A stretch of 64,000 nucleotides of DNA. It comes from TPA_inf: Saccharomyces. Lineage: Eukaryota. This document shows positions 28,008-38,287 of the stretch, piece after piece (within the stretch, counting starts at the first letter, position 1; every line of letters starts with the position of its first letter). Below the pieces are notes generated by a model. That model was not told where the DNA came from and did no database searches. It was given only the letters and a program-made list of their open reading frames with translations. A program made the translations under genes and the position numbers. The stretch spans positions 576,001-640,000 of the forward strand of contig BK006938.2 in NCBI GenBank assembly GCA_000146045.2, given 5' to 3'.

Positions 28008-30986
28008 ATGACTACAGATAATCATCAGAATGATTCTGTTTTGGATCAACAATCAGGCGAACGAACAATTGATGAGAGTAATTCCATCTCTGACGAGAAT
28101 AATGTTGATAATAAGAGGGAAGACGTTAATGTAACTTCACCAACAAAAAGTGTTAGTTGCATATCACAAGCGGAAAATGGAGTAGCTTCTCGAACAGATG
28201 AGAGTACAATAACAGGAAGTGCGACGGATGCAGAAACAGGTGATGATGATGATGATGATGATGATGACGATGATGAAGATGAGGATGACGAAGATGAGCC
28301 CCCCTTATTGAAGTACACACGAATTAGTCAACTCCCGAAGAACTTTTTTCAACGAGACTCGATCTCTTCATGTTTATTTGGTGATACTTTTTTTGCATTT
28401 GGTACACACTCAGGCATTCTACACTTAACTACATGCGCGTTCGAACCCATTAAAACCATCAAATGCCATAGATCTTCGATACTTTGTATTAACACTGACG
28501 GAAAATATTTTGCTACGGGATCTATTGACGGGACAGTGATTATCGGATCGATGGATGATCCACAAAACATTACACAATACGATTTCAAAAGACCTATAAA
28601 CTCTGTAGCGTTGCACTCAAATTTTCAAGCATCCAGAATGTTTGTTTCTGGTGGAATGGCTGGCGACGTTGTACTATCTCAGAGAAATTGGCTAGGAAAT
28701 AGAATCGACATCGTTTTAAACAAGAAGAAAAAGAAAAAAACAAGAAAAGATGACCTATCCTCTGATATGAAGGGCCCTATCATGGGAATTTATACTATGG
28801 GTGACCTTATATTATGGATGGATGATGATGGAATAACATTTTGCGATGTTCCTACAAGATCACAGCTTTTGAATATTCCATTCCCCTCCAGAATTTTTAA
28901 CGTACAGGATGTAAGGCCAGATCTATTTAGACCCCATGTTCATTTTTTAGAAAGTGATCGTGTCGTTATCGGATGGGGATCTAATATTTGGCTATTTAAA
29001 GTTTCCTTTACCAAGGATTCAAATTCGATCAAATCCGGTGACTCTAATTCTCAAAGTAATAATATGAGTCATTTTAACCCTACGACAAACATCGGATCTC
29101 TCTTGTCTAGTGCTGCATCGAGTTTTAGAGGGACACCTGATAAGAAAGTTGAATTAGAATGCCATTTTACTGTGTCAATGTTGATTACAGGGCTTGCATC
29201 GTTTAAGGATGATCAGTTATTATGCCTAGGTTTTGATATAGATATTGAAGAGGAAGCAACCATAGATGAAGATATGAAGGAGGGGAAGAATTTTAGCAAG
29301 CGGCCAGAAAACTTATTAGCCAAAGGGAATGCTCCAGAATTAAAAATTGTTGATCTTTTTAATGGTGATGAAATCTATAATGATGAAGTTATCATGAAAA
29401 ACTATGAAAAATTGTCTATAAATGATTATCACCTCGGTAAACATATAGATAAAACAACACCAGAATACTATTTGATAAGTTCCAACGATGCCATCAGGGT
29501 TCAAGAGTTATCATTGAAGGATCATTTCGATTGGTTTATGGAAAGAAAGCAATATTATAAAGCTTGGAAAATCGGTAAATATGTAATTGGATCAGAAGAG
29601 AGGTTTAGTATAGGGTTGAAATTCCTCAACTCTTTAGTAACTAAAAAAGATTGGGGTACATTAGTGGACCACTTAAATATTATTTTCGAAGAAACTTTAA
29701 ACTCATTGGATTCCAACTCATATGATGTCACTCAAAACGTGCTGAAAGAATGGGCAGATATAATAGAGATTTTGATTACATCAGGAAATATTGTAGAAAT
29801 TGCGCCTTTGATTCCCAAGAAACCTGCCTTAAGAAAGTCGGTATATGACGATGTATTACATTACTTTTTGGCCAATGACATGATCAATAAGTTTCATGAG
29901 TATATTACTAAGTGGGATTTAAAGCTTTTTTCTGTGGAAGATTTCGAAGAAGAGCTAGAAACAAGAATAGAGGCTGCTAGTGAACCTACAGCTTCATCGA
30001 AGGAAGAAGGGTCTAATATTACCTATAGAACTGAGTTGGTGCATTTATATTTGAAAGAGAATAAATATACCAAGGCTATACCGCACCTTTTGAAAGCTAA
30101 GGACTTAAGAGCTTTAACTATTATAAAAATACAAAATTTATTGCCGCAGTATCTAGACCAGATAGTTGATATCATTCTTTTACCATATAAGGGTGAAATT
30201 TCCCATATTTCCAAACTATCAATATTTGAAATTCAAACAATTTTTAACAAACCAATAGACCTGTTGTTTGAAAATAGACACACCATATCAGTCGCTAGAA
30301 TATACGAAATATTTGAACATGATTGTCCAAAAAGTTTCAAAAAGATTTTATTTTGTTATTTAATAAAATTTTTAGATACGGACGACTCGTTCATGATAAG
30401 TCCTTATGAAAATCAACTAATTGAACTTTATTCTGAATACGACCGACAAAGCCTTCTGCCTTTTCTGCAAAAGCACAATAACTATAATGTAGAGAGTGCC
30501 ATCGAAGTCTGTTCATCGAAACTTGGTTTATATAATGAACTGATCTATTTGTGGGGGAAAATCGGTGAAACGAAGAAAGCATTGTCTTTGATTATTGACG
30601 AGTTAAAAAACCCGCAATTAGCTATAGATTTTGTTAAAAACTGGGGTGATTCAGAACTTTGGGAATTCATGATTAACTATAGTCTTGACAAACCTAATTT
30701 TACTAAAGCCATTTTAACATGTTCTGATGAGACCAGCGAAATTTACCTAAAAGTGATCAGAGGTATGTCCGATGATCTGCAAATTGACAACCTGCAGGAT
30801 ATTATTAAACATATCGTTCAAGAAAATTCATTAAGCTTGGAAGTTAGAGATAATATTTTGGTTATCATTAATGATGAAACGAAAAAATTTGCCAATGAAT
30901 TCCTGAAAATAAGAAGTCAAGGTAAATTGTTTCAAGTAGACGAAAGCGATATTGAAATTAATGACGACTTAAATGGTGTTTTATAA
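28008..30986 (+). CDS. VPS41: HOPS tethering complex subunit (WD40 plus clathrin-heavy-chain-repeat protein), 992 aa
   Basis: 992-aa ORF with N-terminal acidic run, WD40-like region and CHCR region. Matches YDR080W. Confidence 0.93.
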   Translation: MTTDNHQNDSVLDQQSGERTIDESNSISDENNVDNKREDVNVTSPTKSVSCISQAENGVASRTDESTITGSATDAETGDDDDDDDDDDDEDEDDEDEPPLLKYTRISQLPKNFFQRDSISSCLFGDTFFAFGTHSGILHLTTCAFEPIKTIKCHRSSILCINTDGKYFATGSIDGTVIIGSMDDPQNITQYDFKRPINSVALHSNFQASRMFVSGGMAGDVVLSQRNWLGNRIDIVLNKKKKKKTRKDDLSSDMKGPIMGIYTMGDLILWMDDDGITFCDVPTRSQLLNIPFPSRIFNVQDVRPDLFRPHVHFLESDRVVIGWGSNIWLFKVSFTKDSNSIKSGDSNSQSNNMSHFNPTTNIGSLLSSAASSFRGTPDKKVELECHFTVSMLITGLASFKDDQLLCLGFDIDIEEEATIDEDMKEGKNFSKRPENLLAKGNAPELKIVDLFNGDEIYNDEVIMKNYEKLSINDYHLGKHIDKTTPEYYLISSNDAIRVQELSLKDHFDWFMERKQYYKAWKIGKYVIGSEERFSIGLKFLNSLVTKKDWGTLVDHLNIIFEETLNSLDSNSYDVTQNVLKEWADIIEILITSGNIVEIAPLIPKKPALRKSVYDDVLHYFLANDMINKFHEYITKWDLKLFSVEDFEEELETRIEAASEPTASSKEEGSNITYRTELVHLYLKENKYTKAIPHLLKAKDLRALTIIKIQNLLPQYLDQIVDIILLPYKGEISHISKLSIFEIQTIFNKPIDLLFENRHTISVARIYEIFEHDCPKSFKKILFCYLIKFLDTDDSFMISPYENQLIELYSEYDRQSLLPFLQKHNNYNVESAIEVCSSKLGLYNELIYLWGKIGETKKALSLIIDELKNPQLAIDFVKNWGDSELWEFMINYSLDKPNFTKAILTCSDETSEIYLKVIRGMSDDLQIDNLQDIIKHIVQENSLSLEVRDNILVIINDETKKFANEFLKIRSQGKLFQVDESDIEINDDLNGVL
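28241..28297 (+). repeat. (GAT/GAA/GAC)n trinucleotide repeat encoding poly-Asp/Glu (D12 then DEDEDDEDE) in VPS41
   Basis: gatgatgatgatgatgatgatgatgacgatgatgaagatgaggatgacgaagatgag read directly. Confidence 0.9.
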
Positions 30987-31042
30987 TATCGAATCATCAT
31001 TTAATACACAAGGCAAGTGTACACTTCAGGAATGTACTGCTG

Positions 31043-31074
31043 AAAAAAAAAAAAAAAAAGAAAAAAAAGAAAAA
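31043..31074 (+). repeat. A17-G-A8-G-A5 tract in the VPS41/PDC2 convergent 3' intergenic region
   Basis: Read directly. This probably overlaps the polyadenylation regions of both genes. Confidence 0.85.
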
Positions 31075-31303
31075 GATATCTTGGTTTGAATAAGTAAAAT
31101 TAATAGAATCCAGTTTCCAGTGATCGGTACAGGCTAAATAATAAATATCTCTACTTTTATTTATTCTTTTCGTTTTCTTGTGTTCAGGATAGATCAAAGA
31201 GCAGTCAAAGGTCATCAGGAAAATGATAAATTCAAAAAACCGAGAGTTAAAGGCAAAACTACAAAAAAGAGCAATGAATATCGAGATCTTATTAAGTTTA
31301 TAT

Positions 31304-34081
31304 CTAAAAAAAGCCTGTGTTACCAGGTAAGTGTAAGTTATTAGAGTCTGGGAGGTTTGAACCACCAGTCGGAAGGTCCAAGTTATTGGCGGAAGTTGCA
31401 GCTGCAGCTGCAGCCCCAGATAGAAGGGTTTCTAAATGGTCTTGTGCATTCTTACTGTTTATTTTAATGCTTTCGCTATTTAATTGTTTTCTAGTCTTTT
31501 TAATCCTTTTTAAAAGTGTCAAATAATTGAAATTAAGTTCATTTATTGTTTCTTTCGTCAGTGATATTTCGTTTGATTCTGCATGTTTCATAATGGTACT
31601 CAATGATTTGGCGATATTTATATTTGTTTGTAAGTTACTTAATATTGTGGTGGAAGAGGGTGACATACCGGAAACAGCACCTTCAAGATGTTCTAAAGCT
31701 GATGGCGATGACGCAGAGGAATTTGAGTCTATGGGTGCAGATATAATAGATCTCGCTGGAGCGCCTGTTGAGTTTATTGCCACAGGAGATGGTGTAATTG
31801 AAGGAGACGAAGCTTCCGCGACGGACGCCGAATTATGTTGAAAGTTATTCAGAGAATTTTGAGATATAGCATTTGAGGAATTAACAGAATGTCCGCTTTT
31901 TGATGTGTCGCTCAGCAACCCATTCATATGTGGGACATCAAACGGCTGTGCTTGATTTCTTGACTCTAGAAGGGCAGTCGTTATCGAGTTTGAATTTGCC
32001 ATGGCCGTGCTTGAAGGAAGTTCATCAGTTGATTTGTTCTGATCTGAGGCAGCTTTTTCGTTGTTTCTGATAGCTGAAGAAAATACTTCGCTAAAATATT
32101 CTGATGATGGTAGTTGCATATCAACGCCAACAGTAGATAAATCCAAATCAGGACTTAAGAATAAATTAGGTTTATCGATTAATGTACTGACATTATAATC
32201 TAATGGGCCCGGCTGTTTCATTGTATTATATGGATCATTCAAAAGGCCGTTAAAATTGACGTCATAATTACCGTCAACAACTAAATCTGTAGTCGAAGAG
32301 TTCCTTTGCGATTCCATACTAGAAATATTTGGTTGTCCAGGGTTACCTGTTTTGGTACTATTATCAACAGTATTCTGTTGCAAATACTTTACGCTACTAT
32401 CATTATCATTAATATTATTACTACTACCATTATTATTGTTATTATTATTACTGCCTCTATTATTAGTATTTTCAATAGCATTGTTGCTGTGATTACTGTT
32501 GTAATCGGGGTTGTGGCTAGCTTGTGACATGCTTAAATGATTTTGATTATTATCATCTTCATTGGCAAAAACTGATACATCAAAATTATCATCATGGACC
32601 TCATTACCTTTTGGCGCAGTATCAAAATCAGGTTCACAAGGCTCCACAATAGCACTTTCCACTAATTCTTCTGTACTCAAGAAGTTTGTGTTTTTGTTTT
32701 CAATGTTTAAATCTAACAACATTTCATATTCCCATTTTTTAACACAGTAGTATTCATCACATAATCTATTCAAAACGCTCTCTAAGACTTCGTTTTTCTT
32801 AAATGCCATACTAACATTCTCATTCAAATGTATCATTTCAGGAGGAAGCAGACCGGAACTTTTCCAATTTGCTTTGATAGCATCAACGGGTATATCATCC
32901 CAAGCTTTTTTAATAAATTTGAATGCATTTGACATTGTGAGTTGACTCTGCTCAAAGCTAATCAAACATTTTTTACCATTGGGTATGCATTCGTTCCGTT
33001 CTGATTTATTTTTATTTTGGATATTCTTCGAAATTCTATTTTGCAAGTCAATGAGCGCCTGATACTGTTGTATTCTGTATCGTGTTTTGAATTCATCCCA
33101 GACACCCCAGTTAAATGGCAAAAACTTTGAATTTGAGGAAGTGTATACAAGTTTTATATTTTGAAGGCGCAAATTAATTATTCGATGACAGCAAGAATCA
33201 TCCAAAACAATCCAAATCTTCCTATTCACAGCAACCAACCTCTTATCCCACCTGACTAACCAGTTGTGGAAAAGATTGCTCGTTAGCCATGCTTTCCTGT
33301 TACTATGGTATGAGATATCAAATTTCTTAGCCATCTTAGTACCCAACATTGATTGTGACACAGGATCATTCGGTTCATTGGGGAAATAATTCCTGAATGA
33401 TTTGTAACTATCATATTTGCCCACGACAACAGGTTTTAACTTTTCAGAGCCATCTAAATTGGAGCACAGCATGACAGTTGCCACCTCTATACGCCTTTGA
33501 ATGCTACTTGCTTCATATTGAGCATAATCCAACGGTAGGTTGTAGGAGAGAAACGCTTCATCTAAAGTGAATAAATCCTTTGGAGGAATTTTGGAGAAAT
33601 AAGCCTTCAATACATCCCTCTCTTCAAATGTCCAGACTTTTGGGGTTTTGGGTAACTCTTCGTCTAAAACAGAAATATTGACATCCATTTTTGATAAAAA
33701 ATTCGAAATCCATTTATAACTAAAAGAACCATTTCCCTCGCGATGCTCCGCAGGAATTCTGTGCCAAACAGCTTGTGCAGTGTCTTGAATAATAGGTGAC
33801 GTTATAGGGATTCCATTCCACAAACTTTGAGAAATCCATTCTTGTAAAATTTTCCGAACCAAAAGATTATTTGGCTTCCTTAATCTATTCGCATCTTTTT
33901 CATGCTCTTTACAATTCATATAAGTTGATTTCCTTGCCAACAAACGCGATATTGTGCCTTGGGATGGAATTTTTGGCAGCTGGAACGTCTCATAAGCCCA
34001 TTTTGCCAATTCAAGTTGCGTCCACTTTGGGTGCCTCTCCGCCATTAGACAAATATTATATCTTTGCTGAATGGAAAGCAT
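31304..34081 (-). CDS. PDC2: Transcription factor with CENP-B/pogo-transposase-like HTH and DDE-like domain; regulator of PDC/thiamine genes; 925 aa
   Basis: N-terminal CENP-B-type HTH (KWTQLELAKWAYETFQLPKIPSQGTISRLL) and poly-N/S C-terminal half. Matches YDR081C. Confidence 0.92.
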   Translation of the reverse strand: MLSIQQRYNICLMAERHPKWTQLELAKWAYETFQLPKIPSQGTISRLLARKSTYMNCKEHEKDANRLRKPNNLLVRKILQEWISQSLWNGIPITSPIIQDTAQAVWHRIPAEHREGNGSFSYKWISNFLSKMDVNISVLDEELPKTPKVWTFEERDVLKAYFSKIPPKDLFTLDEAFLSYNLPLDYAQYEASSIQRRIEVATVMLCSNLDGSEKLKPVVVGKYDSYKSFRNYFPNEPNDPVSQSMLGTKMAKKFDISYHSNRKAWLTSNLFHNWLVRWDKRLVAVNRKIWIVLDDSCCHRIINLRLQNIKLVYTSSNSKFLPFNWGVWDEFKTRYRIQQYQALIDLQNRISKNIQNKNKSERNECIPNGKKCLISFEQSQLTMSNAFKFIKKAWDDIPVDAIKANWKSSGLLPPEMIHLNENVSMAFKKNEVLESVLNRLCDEYYCVKKWEYEMLLDLNIENKNTNFLSTEELVESAIVEPCEPDFDTAPKGNEVHDDNFDVSVFANEDDNNQNHLSMSQASHNPDYNSNHSNNAIENTNNRGSNNNNNNNGSSNNINDNDSSVKYLQQNTVDNSTKTGNPGQPNISSMESQRNSSTTDLVVDGNYDVNFNGLLNDPYNTMKQPGPLDYNVSTLIDKPNLFLSPDLDLSTVGVDMQLPSSEYFSEVFSSAIRNNEKAASDQNKSTDELPSSTAMANSNSITTALLESRNQAQPFDVPHMNGLLSDTSKSGHSVNSSNAISQNSLNNFQHNSASVAEASSPSITPSPVAINSTGAPARSIISAPIDSNSSASSPSALEHLEGAVSGMSPSSTTILSNLQTNINIAKSLSTIMKHAESNEISLTKETINELNFNYLTLLKRIKKTRKQLNSESIKINSKNAQDHLETLLSGAAAAAATSANNLDLPTGGSNLPDSNNLHLPGNTGFF

Positions 34082-34440
34082 GCTGGTTATAATAAAGCTG
34101 TCTCTTTACTGCTTGGTGTTACCACAAAATTCAAAACGCGAACTAGTCACGATTGATCAAACTTTGCTGATTTCATTCAAATCTTGCAACTGATTTTTAA
34201 GCAGCTATTGGTTTTGATAATTTCTTACTTTCAAGTAATTGACTTCGATGGGCAAAGTCACTCAGAACGGAAATATGCAGCAGCTATTCTAACAACAAAA
34301 CCACGAATCACACCAAAAAGAAGTATGTAAAGGCATGGAAAAAGAAGTAAGCATTGGAATATATGAAATCCTGCTTGTTGATATTCCATTTCTGTGCGAA
34401 AAAAGAGCAATAAGCTGGCTTTTAATAATGGGTTGGAGCC

Positions 34441-35925
34441 ATGGATAAGTACGGACATATAGCTCATCAAGAAGGCGATGTTTGTTATTATATTCCAAGG
34501 CTGTTCAAATACAACAGTTATTATAGTGGGACAGAGGACGTTCGAATATTTGTTGGAGATTTAAAGTACCGGATGAGAGTTTCTTTGCAAATTTGCGAAA
34601 AGTATTATGATAGGCGGTTGTCGATGTTGTTCTGGAAAAATCATCCTTTACAGCAAATACACCTTATTGGCTGCATCATTGGACTCCAGTTCAAATGGAT
34701 TGGGAAACAAGAATACATTTTTTTTCAGTTGGACGATTGTACTTCAGACTCTTCATTGGTGGGTTATACTAGTGACATGAGATTCTTAACATGTAAAGTT
34801 AAGAAGGATAGCATCCTATCATGGGGGTTGAACATAACCGATTTGATAGGCTTAACTCTTCATGTCTACGGGCAAGCAAGTTTGAACTATCAAGAGCTTC
34901 AAGTTGAATATTTAAGATTATGCTACAGTTTAACGGAAGAAATAGATCATTGGAAAATCACAATGAACATGCGTGAGCAACTTGACACGCCTTGGTCCTT
35001 AAGCGATTTTGTAATTGGAGAATTGTTCACGCAAGAGCAAGAGTGGACACCTGAGACATCACAGATTGAGGTAGTAAACCCGGATTTTGTAGGTATAGGG
35101 TACAAAACCCCAGAAAGTAAAAGAAATGAAACTACTTTCATCGAGCAACTGCAAGAAGAACGCTTGAAGGATGAATTAGAAATTATTAGTCCATACAATA
35201 GCACAGATACTTCGAATAGTGTGCATTCCTTGTCATTTCGGTTTGTATCGTCGCTAAAGGATTTTCCTGAAACTCACTTTTTGAATTCAGGTGATCAAAT
35301 TGACAACGGCAATGACGAACAGTTAAAAAAACTAGAATATCAAAGCGCTAATCTACCTGTGATGATTCCCAATAGGACATCAGCAAAGTCAAACTTGATG
35401 TTGATCCTATTAGGACTACAAATGAAAGAGATTTCTAATTCTGACCTTTACAAACTAAAGGAAGTACGCAGCGTAGTAACTAGCTTAGCATCGTTTTTGT
35501 TTCAACAACAAAATGTTGGCGTCATGAAATCTTTTGACTCTTTGGAAAAGGAAGCGTTTCGAGACCTGGTTAATCGTCTAGTCAGCCAGGGTTTGATCGG
35601 ATTAAAAGATAAAACAAGTGAGACATTTGATTTGCTTCCTCTAAAAAATCTTTTTGAATATGCTGAAAAACGTATATCAGTTCTAATGAAGCTACAATGT
35701 TATACAGGCACTGTGCAATTAAGTCATGTTCAGGAAAAGCTACATTTGCCGTACATAACAACGAACGGCATCGTTGATGTTTTCAAAGAATGTCTTAAAA
35801 GGACAAAGAAACAGTATCCTGAGGTACTAAAAAATTGGTGGATTGATCTTGATCCGAAGAATGGTATGGAGGACCAAAACAGTGGAATATTATTACATTT
35901 GGAATACGCAGCAGCATATTCATAA
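34441..35925 (+). CDS. STN1: CST complex telomere-capping protein (OB-fold), 494 aa
   Basis: 494-aa ORF. Matches YDR082W by sequence recognition and position. Confidence 0.88.
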   Translation: MDKYGHIAHQEGDVCYYIPRLFKYNSYYSGTEDVRIFVGDLKYRMRVSLQICEKYYDRRLSMLFWKNHPLQQIHLIGCIIGLQFKWIGKQEYIFFQLDDCTSDSSLVGYTSDMRFLTCKVKKDSILSWGLNITDLIGLTLHVYGQASLNYQELQVEYLRLCYSLTEEIDHWKITMNMREQLDTPWSLSDFVIGELFTQEQEWTPETSQIEVVNPDFVGIGYKTPESKRNETTFIEQLQEERLKDELEIISPYNSTDTSNSVHSLSFRFVSSLKDFPETHFLNSGDQIDNGNDEQLKKLEYQSANLPVMIPNRTSAKSNLMLILLGLQMKEISNSDLYKLKEVRSVVTSLASFLFQQQNVGVMKSFDSLEKEAFRDLVNRLVSQGLIGLKDKTSETFDLLPLKNLFEYAEKRISVLMKLQCYTGTVQLSHVQEKLHLPYITTNGIVDVFKECLKRTKKQYPEVLKNWWIDLDPKNGMEDQNSGILLHLEYAAAYS

Positions 35926-35972
35926 TTTGTTAGAAAACTCGCATCGTCAATAACGGCGCATCTCTCTAGGCC

Positions 35973-35993
35973 TGAAAAATTTTGCGATGAGCT
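35973..35993 (+). promoter_or_regulatory. Abutting RRPE (TGAAAAATTTT) plus PAC (GCGATGAGCT) ribosome-biogenesis promoter elements upstream of RRP8
   Basis: Exact RRPE at 35973..35983 immediately followed by exact PAC at 35984..35993, about 80-100 bp upstream of the RRP8 ATG. This is the textbook Ribi-regulon arrangement. Confidence 0.8.
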
Positions 35994-36072
35994 CAAAATA
36001 AGATACTATAACTTTATGCATATATTGTATATATATTATATCAAACAAATAAGGACGTTAACGAAATTTTAT

Positions 36073-37251
36073 ATGGCCTTATTTAACGTAGAAGGTTGGT
36101 CTATTAAGACAAAAACCGTCGCTTTTGATAACAAGACTAATAAGTCTTCAAAAGATAAAAAAAAAAATAATAGAAAAAATGGCAAACTTACAAGAGAACA
36201 GAAGTTGAAAGAAGAGACAGAGGCTGAGTTGAAGGAACAAGTGGAAGACATTCCTTCCGAAGGATCAGTAGCCAAAGACATCCCAAAAAAAAACCAAGAG
36301 AAAAGTGATCAAAATGAAACGAGCAAGAAACGCAAGCACGATGAAGAAGCCCCTCTGATGCAAGTAAAAGAAAATATTGAAAAACCTACAAAGAAGCAAC
36401 TAACCCCTTTACAACAAAAGATGATGGCTAAACTGACTGGTTCTAGATTTAGATGGATCAATGAACAACTGTATACAATTAGCTCTGATGAAGCTTTGAA
36501 ATTAATAAAAGAACAACCACAATTATTTGACGAATATCATGATGGTTTTAGATCACAAGTGCAAGCATGGCCGGAAAATCCAGTTGATGTTTTTGTTGAC
36601 CAAATTCGTTATAGATGCATGAAACCTGTGAATGCTCCAGGTGGGTTACCAGGTCTTAAGGATAGTAAAGAAATAGTTATTGCTGATATGGGGTGTGGTG
36701 AAGCTCAATTAGCATTAGAAATCAACAATTTTTTCAAAAATTACAATAAGAAAGCGAAGAAATATTTGAAAAGACGCCATAAAGTCCACAGTTTTGATTT
36801 GAAGAAAGCTAACGAAAGAATAACTGTGGCAGATATTAGAAATGTGCCGCTACCAGATGAGTCCTGTACTATAGTGGTCTTCTGCCTGGCTCTAATGGGT
36901 ACAAATTTCCTCGATTTCATAAAAGAAGCTTATAGGATTTTAGCGCCAAGGGGTGAATTATGGATCGCAGAAATTAAATCAAGGTTTAGTGACGGCAAAG
37001 GTAATGAATTTGTAGACGCTTTGAAGCTGATGGGATTTTTTCACAAAAAGACCTTCGACGAGAATAAGATGTTTACAAGATTCGAATTTTTCAAGCCACC
37101 TGCGGAGATTATTGAAGAGAGAAGGCAGAAATTGGAAAGAAGACAAAAGTTTATTGAAGTTGAAACTGAGAAGGAAGAATTAGAAAAGAAAAGACGGAAA
37201 ATTGCCGAAGGAAAATGGCTCTTGAAGCCCTGTATTTATAAAAGAAGATAA
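36073..37251 (+). CDS. RRP8: Nucleolar SAM-dependent rRNA (m1A645) methyltransferase, 392 aa
   Basis: The tracked ORF begins upstream. The ATG at 36073 (MALFNVEGW...) gives 392 aa as in YDR083W. Class I MTase motif VIADMGCGEAQLA. Confidence 0.88.
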   Translation: MALFNVEGWSIKTKTVAFDNKTNKSSKDKKKNNRKNGKLTREQKLKEETEAELKEQVEDIPSEGSVAKDIPKKNQEKSDQNETSKKRKHDEEAPLMQVKENIEKPTKKQLTPLQQKMMAKLTGSRFRWINEQLYTISSDEALKLIKEQPQLFDEYHDGFRSQVQAWPENPVDVFVDQIRYRCMKPVNAPGGLPGLKDSKEIVIADMGCGEAQLALEINNFFKNYNKKAKKYLKRRHKVHSFDLKKANERITVADIRNVPLPDESCTIVVFCLALMGTNFLDFIKEAYRILAPRGELWIAEIKSRFSDGKGNEFVDALKLMGFFHKKTFDENKMFTRFEFFKPPAEIIEERRQKLERRQKFIEVETEKEELEKKRRKIAEGKWLLKPCIYKRR

Positions 37252-37404
37252 CGACTTCATCCGTCATTTTCATATTTTAATATTGTTTTTTCTTTTGTAT
37301 ACTATATTTATACATATAATTGTATTCTTTTCCTGTAGTACATTGCGTAAAGTAAAAATCATCTAGAAGAAGTACTCCACAATGTTCACATGAGGGACAA
37401 GGTT

Positions 37405-38004
37405 TTATTGTCTCTGGAAAAACGATTGGATATTAGCCAGCCTTGAAAGATTTTCAAAGCCCGGAACAGAAGGAAGAGCGAACCAATTATTAGTATCTTG
37501 ACCGTCAGATTGTCCACTATTGGGCTCCCATCTATCGCAACAACGAAATCCATACGTGTTCCAGGCGGTCAGACACATTGCAACAATGACCAAAATCAGG
37601 TAGAATATTTTCAGTCTTAAAAGACACAACACAGCGAAGACACCCCAGATTACGGGTGTCACATACATCGACCACCAGAATAACTTAGAATCGATGGCAT
37701 TTATTGGTGGGCCCGGCGCATATTGCTTATATGATTCGAAAGTAAAATTAGAATCTTTGTTCACATCTGTAGAATCATACCACCAGCGTAATTGGACCAG
37801 TTTCCGACCTGTAATGTTTTTTGTTAAGTAAAAGTCAAAAGAAAGTAAAAGAACGACAGTGATGAATTGAGGTGTGAAATTCAAAAACATTGATCCTATG
37901 ATATAAAATACAATGGGAACTGCCTTACCTGCCAGATGAAATGATAGTAGCAACGGGTGCGACGATTTTAAAATTGTGTTGTAGAAATTTCTTGCCTGGT
38001 CCAT
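37405..38004 (-). CDS. TVP23: Golgi 4-TM membrane protein (Tvp23/DUF846), 199 aa
   Basis: 199-aa ORF with four hydrophobic segments. Matches YDR084C. Confidence 0.88.
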
Positions 38005-38287
38005 GTTTCATTCGTAATTAGAGCACCAGCAGGTTTATAAAAGCGTATTGAACCGTAAATCCTTTAAGAACCACGCTTTTCTACATTTACATTATGTACA
38101 GTTAAAATGGAAACGAAATCCCTTTTCACCCAAAGGCGCATTGCGGACAAATAATAGGTTCGAGGTCAAGGTAAACAGGAAGCAAGATGCAAAAGAAGTA
38201 ACTGGAATGGAATGTATACATTGATATATAAATATGTATGACGCCTTCTATTGCAAAAAATAAACTGGATTATGTTACGTTAATAAC

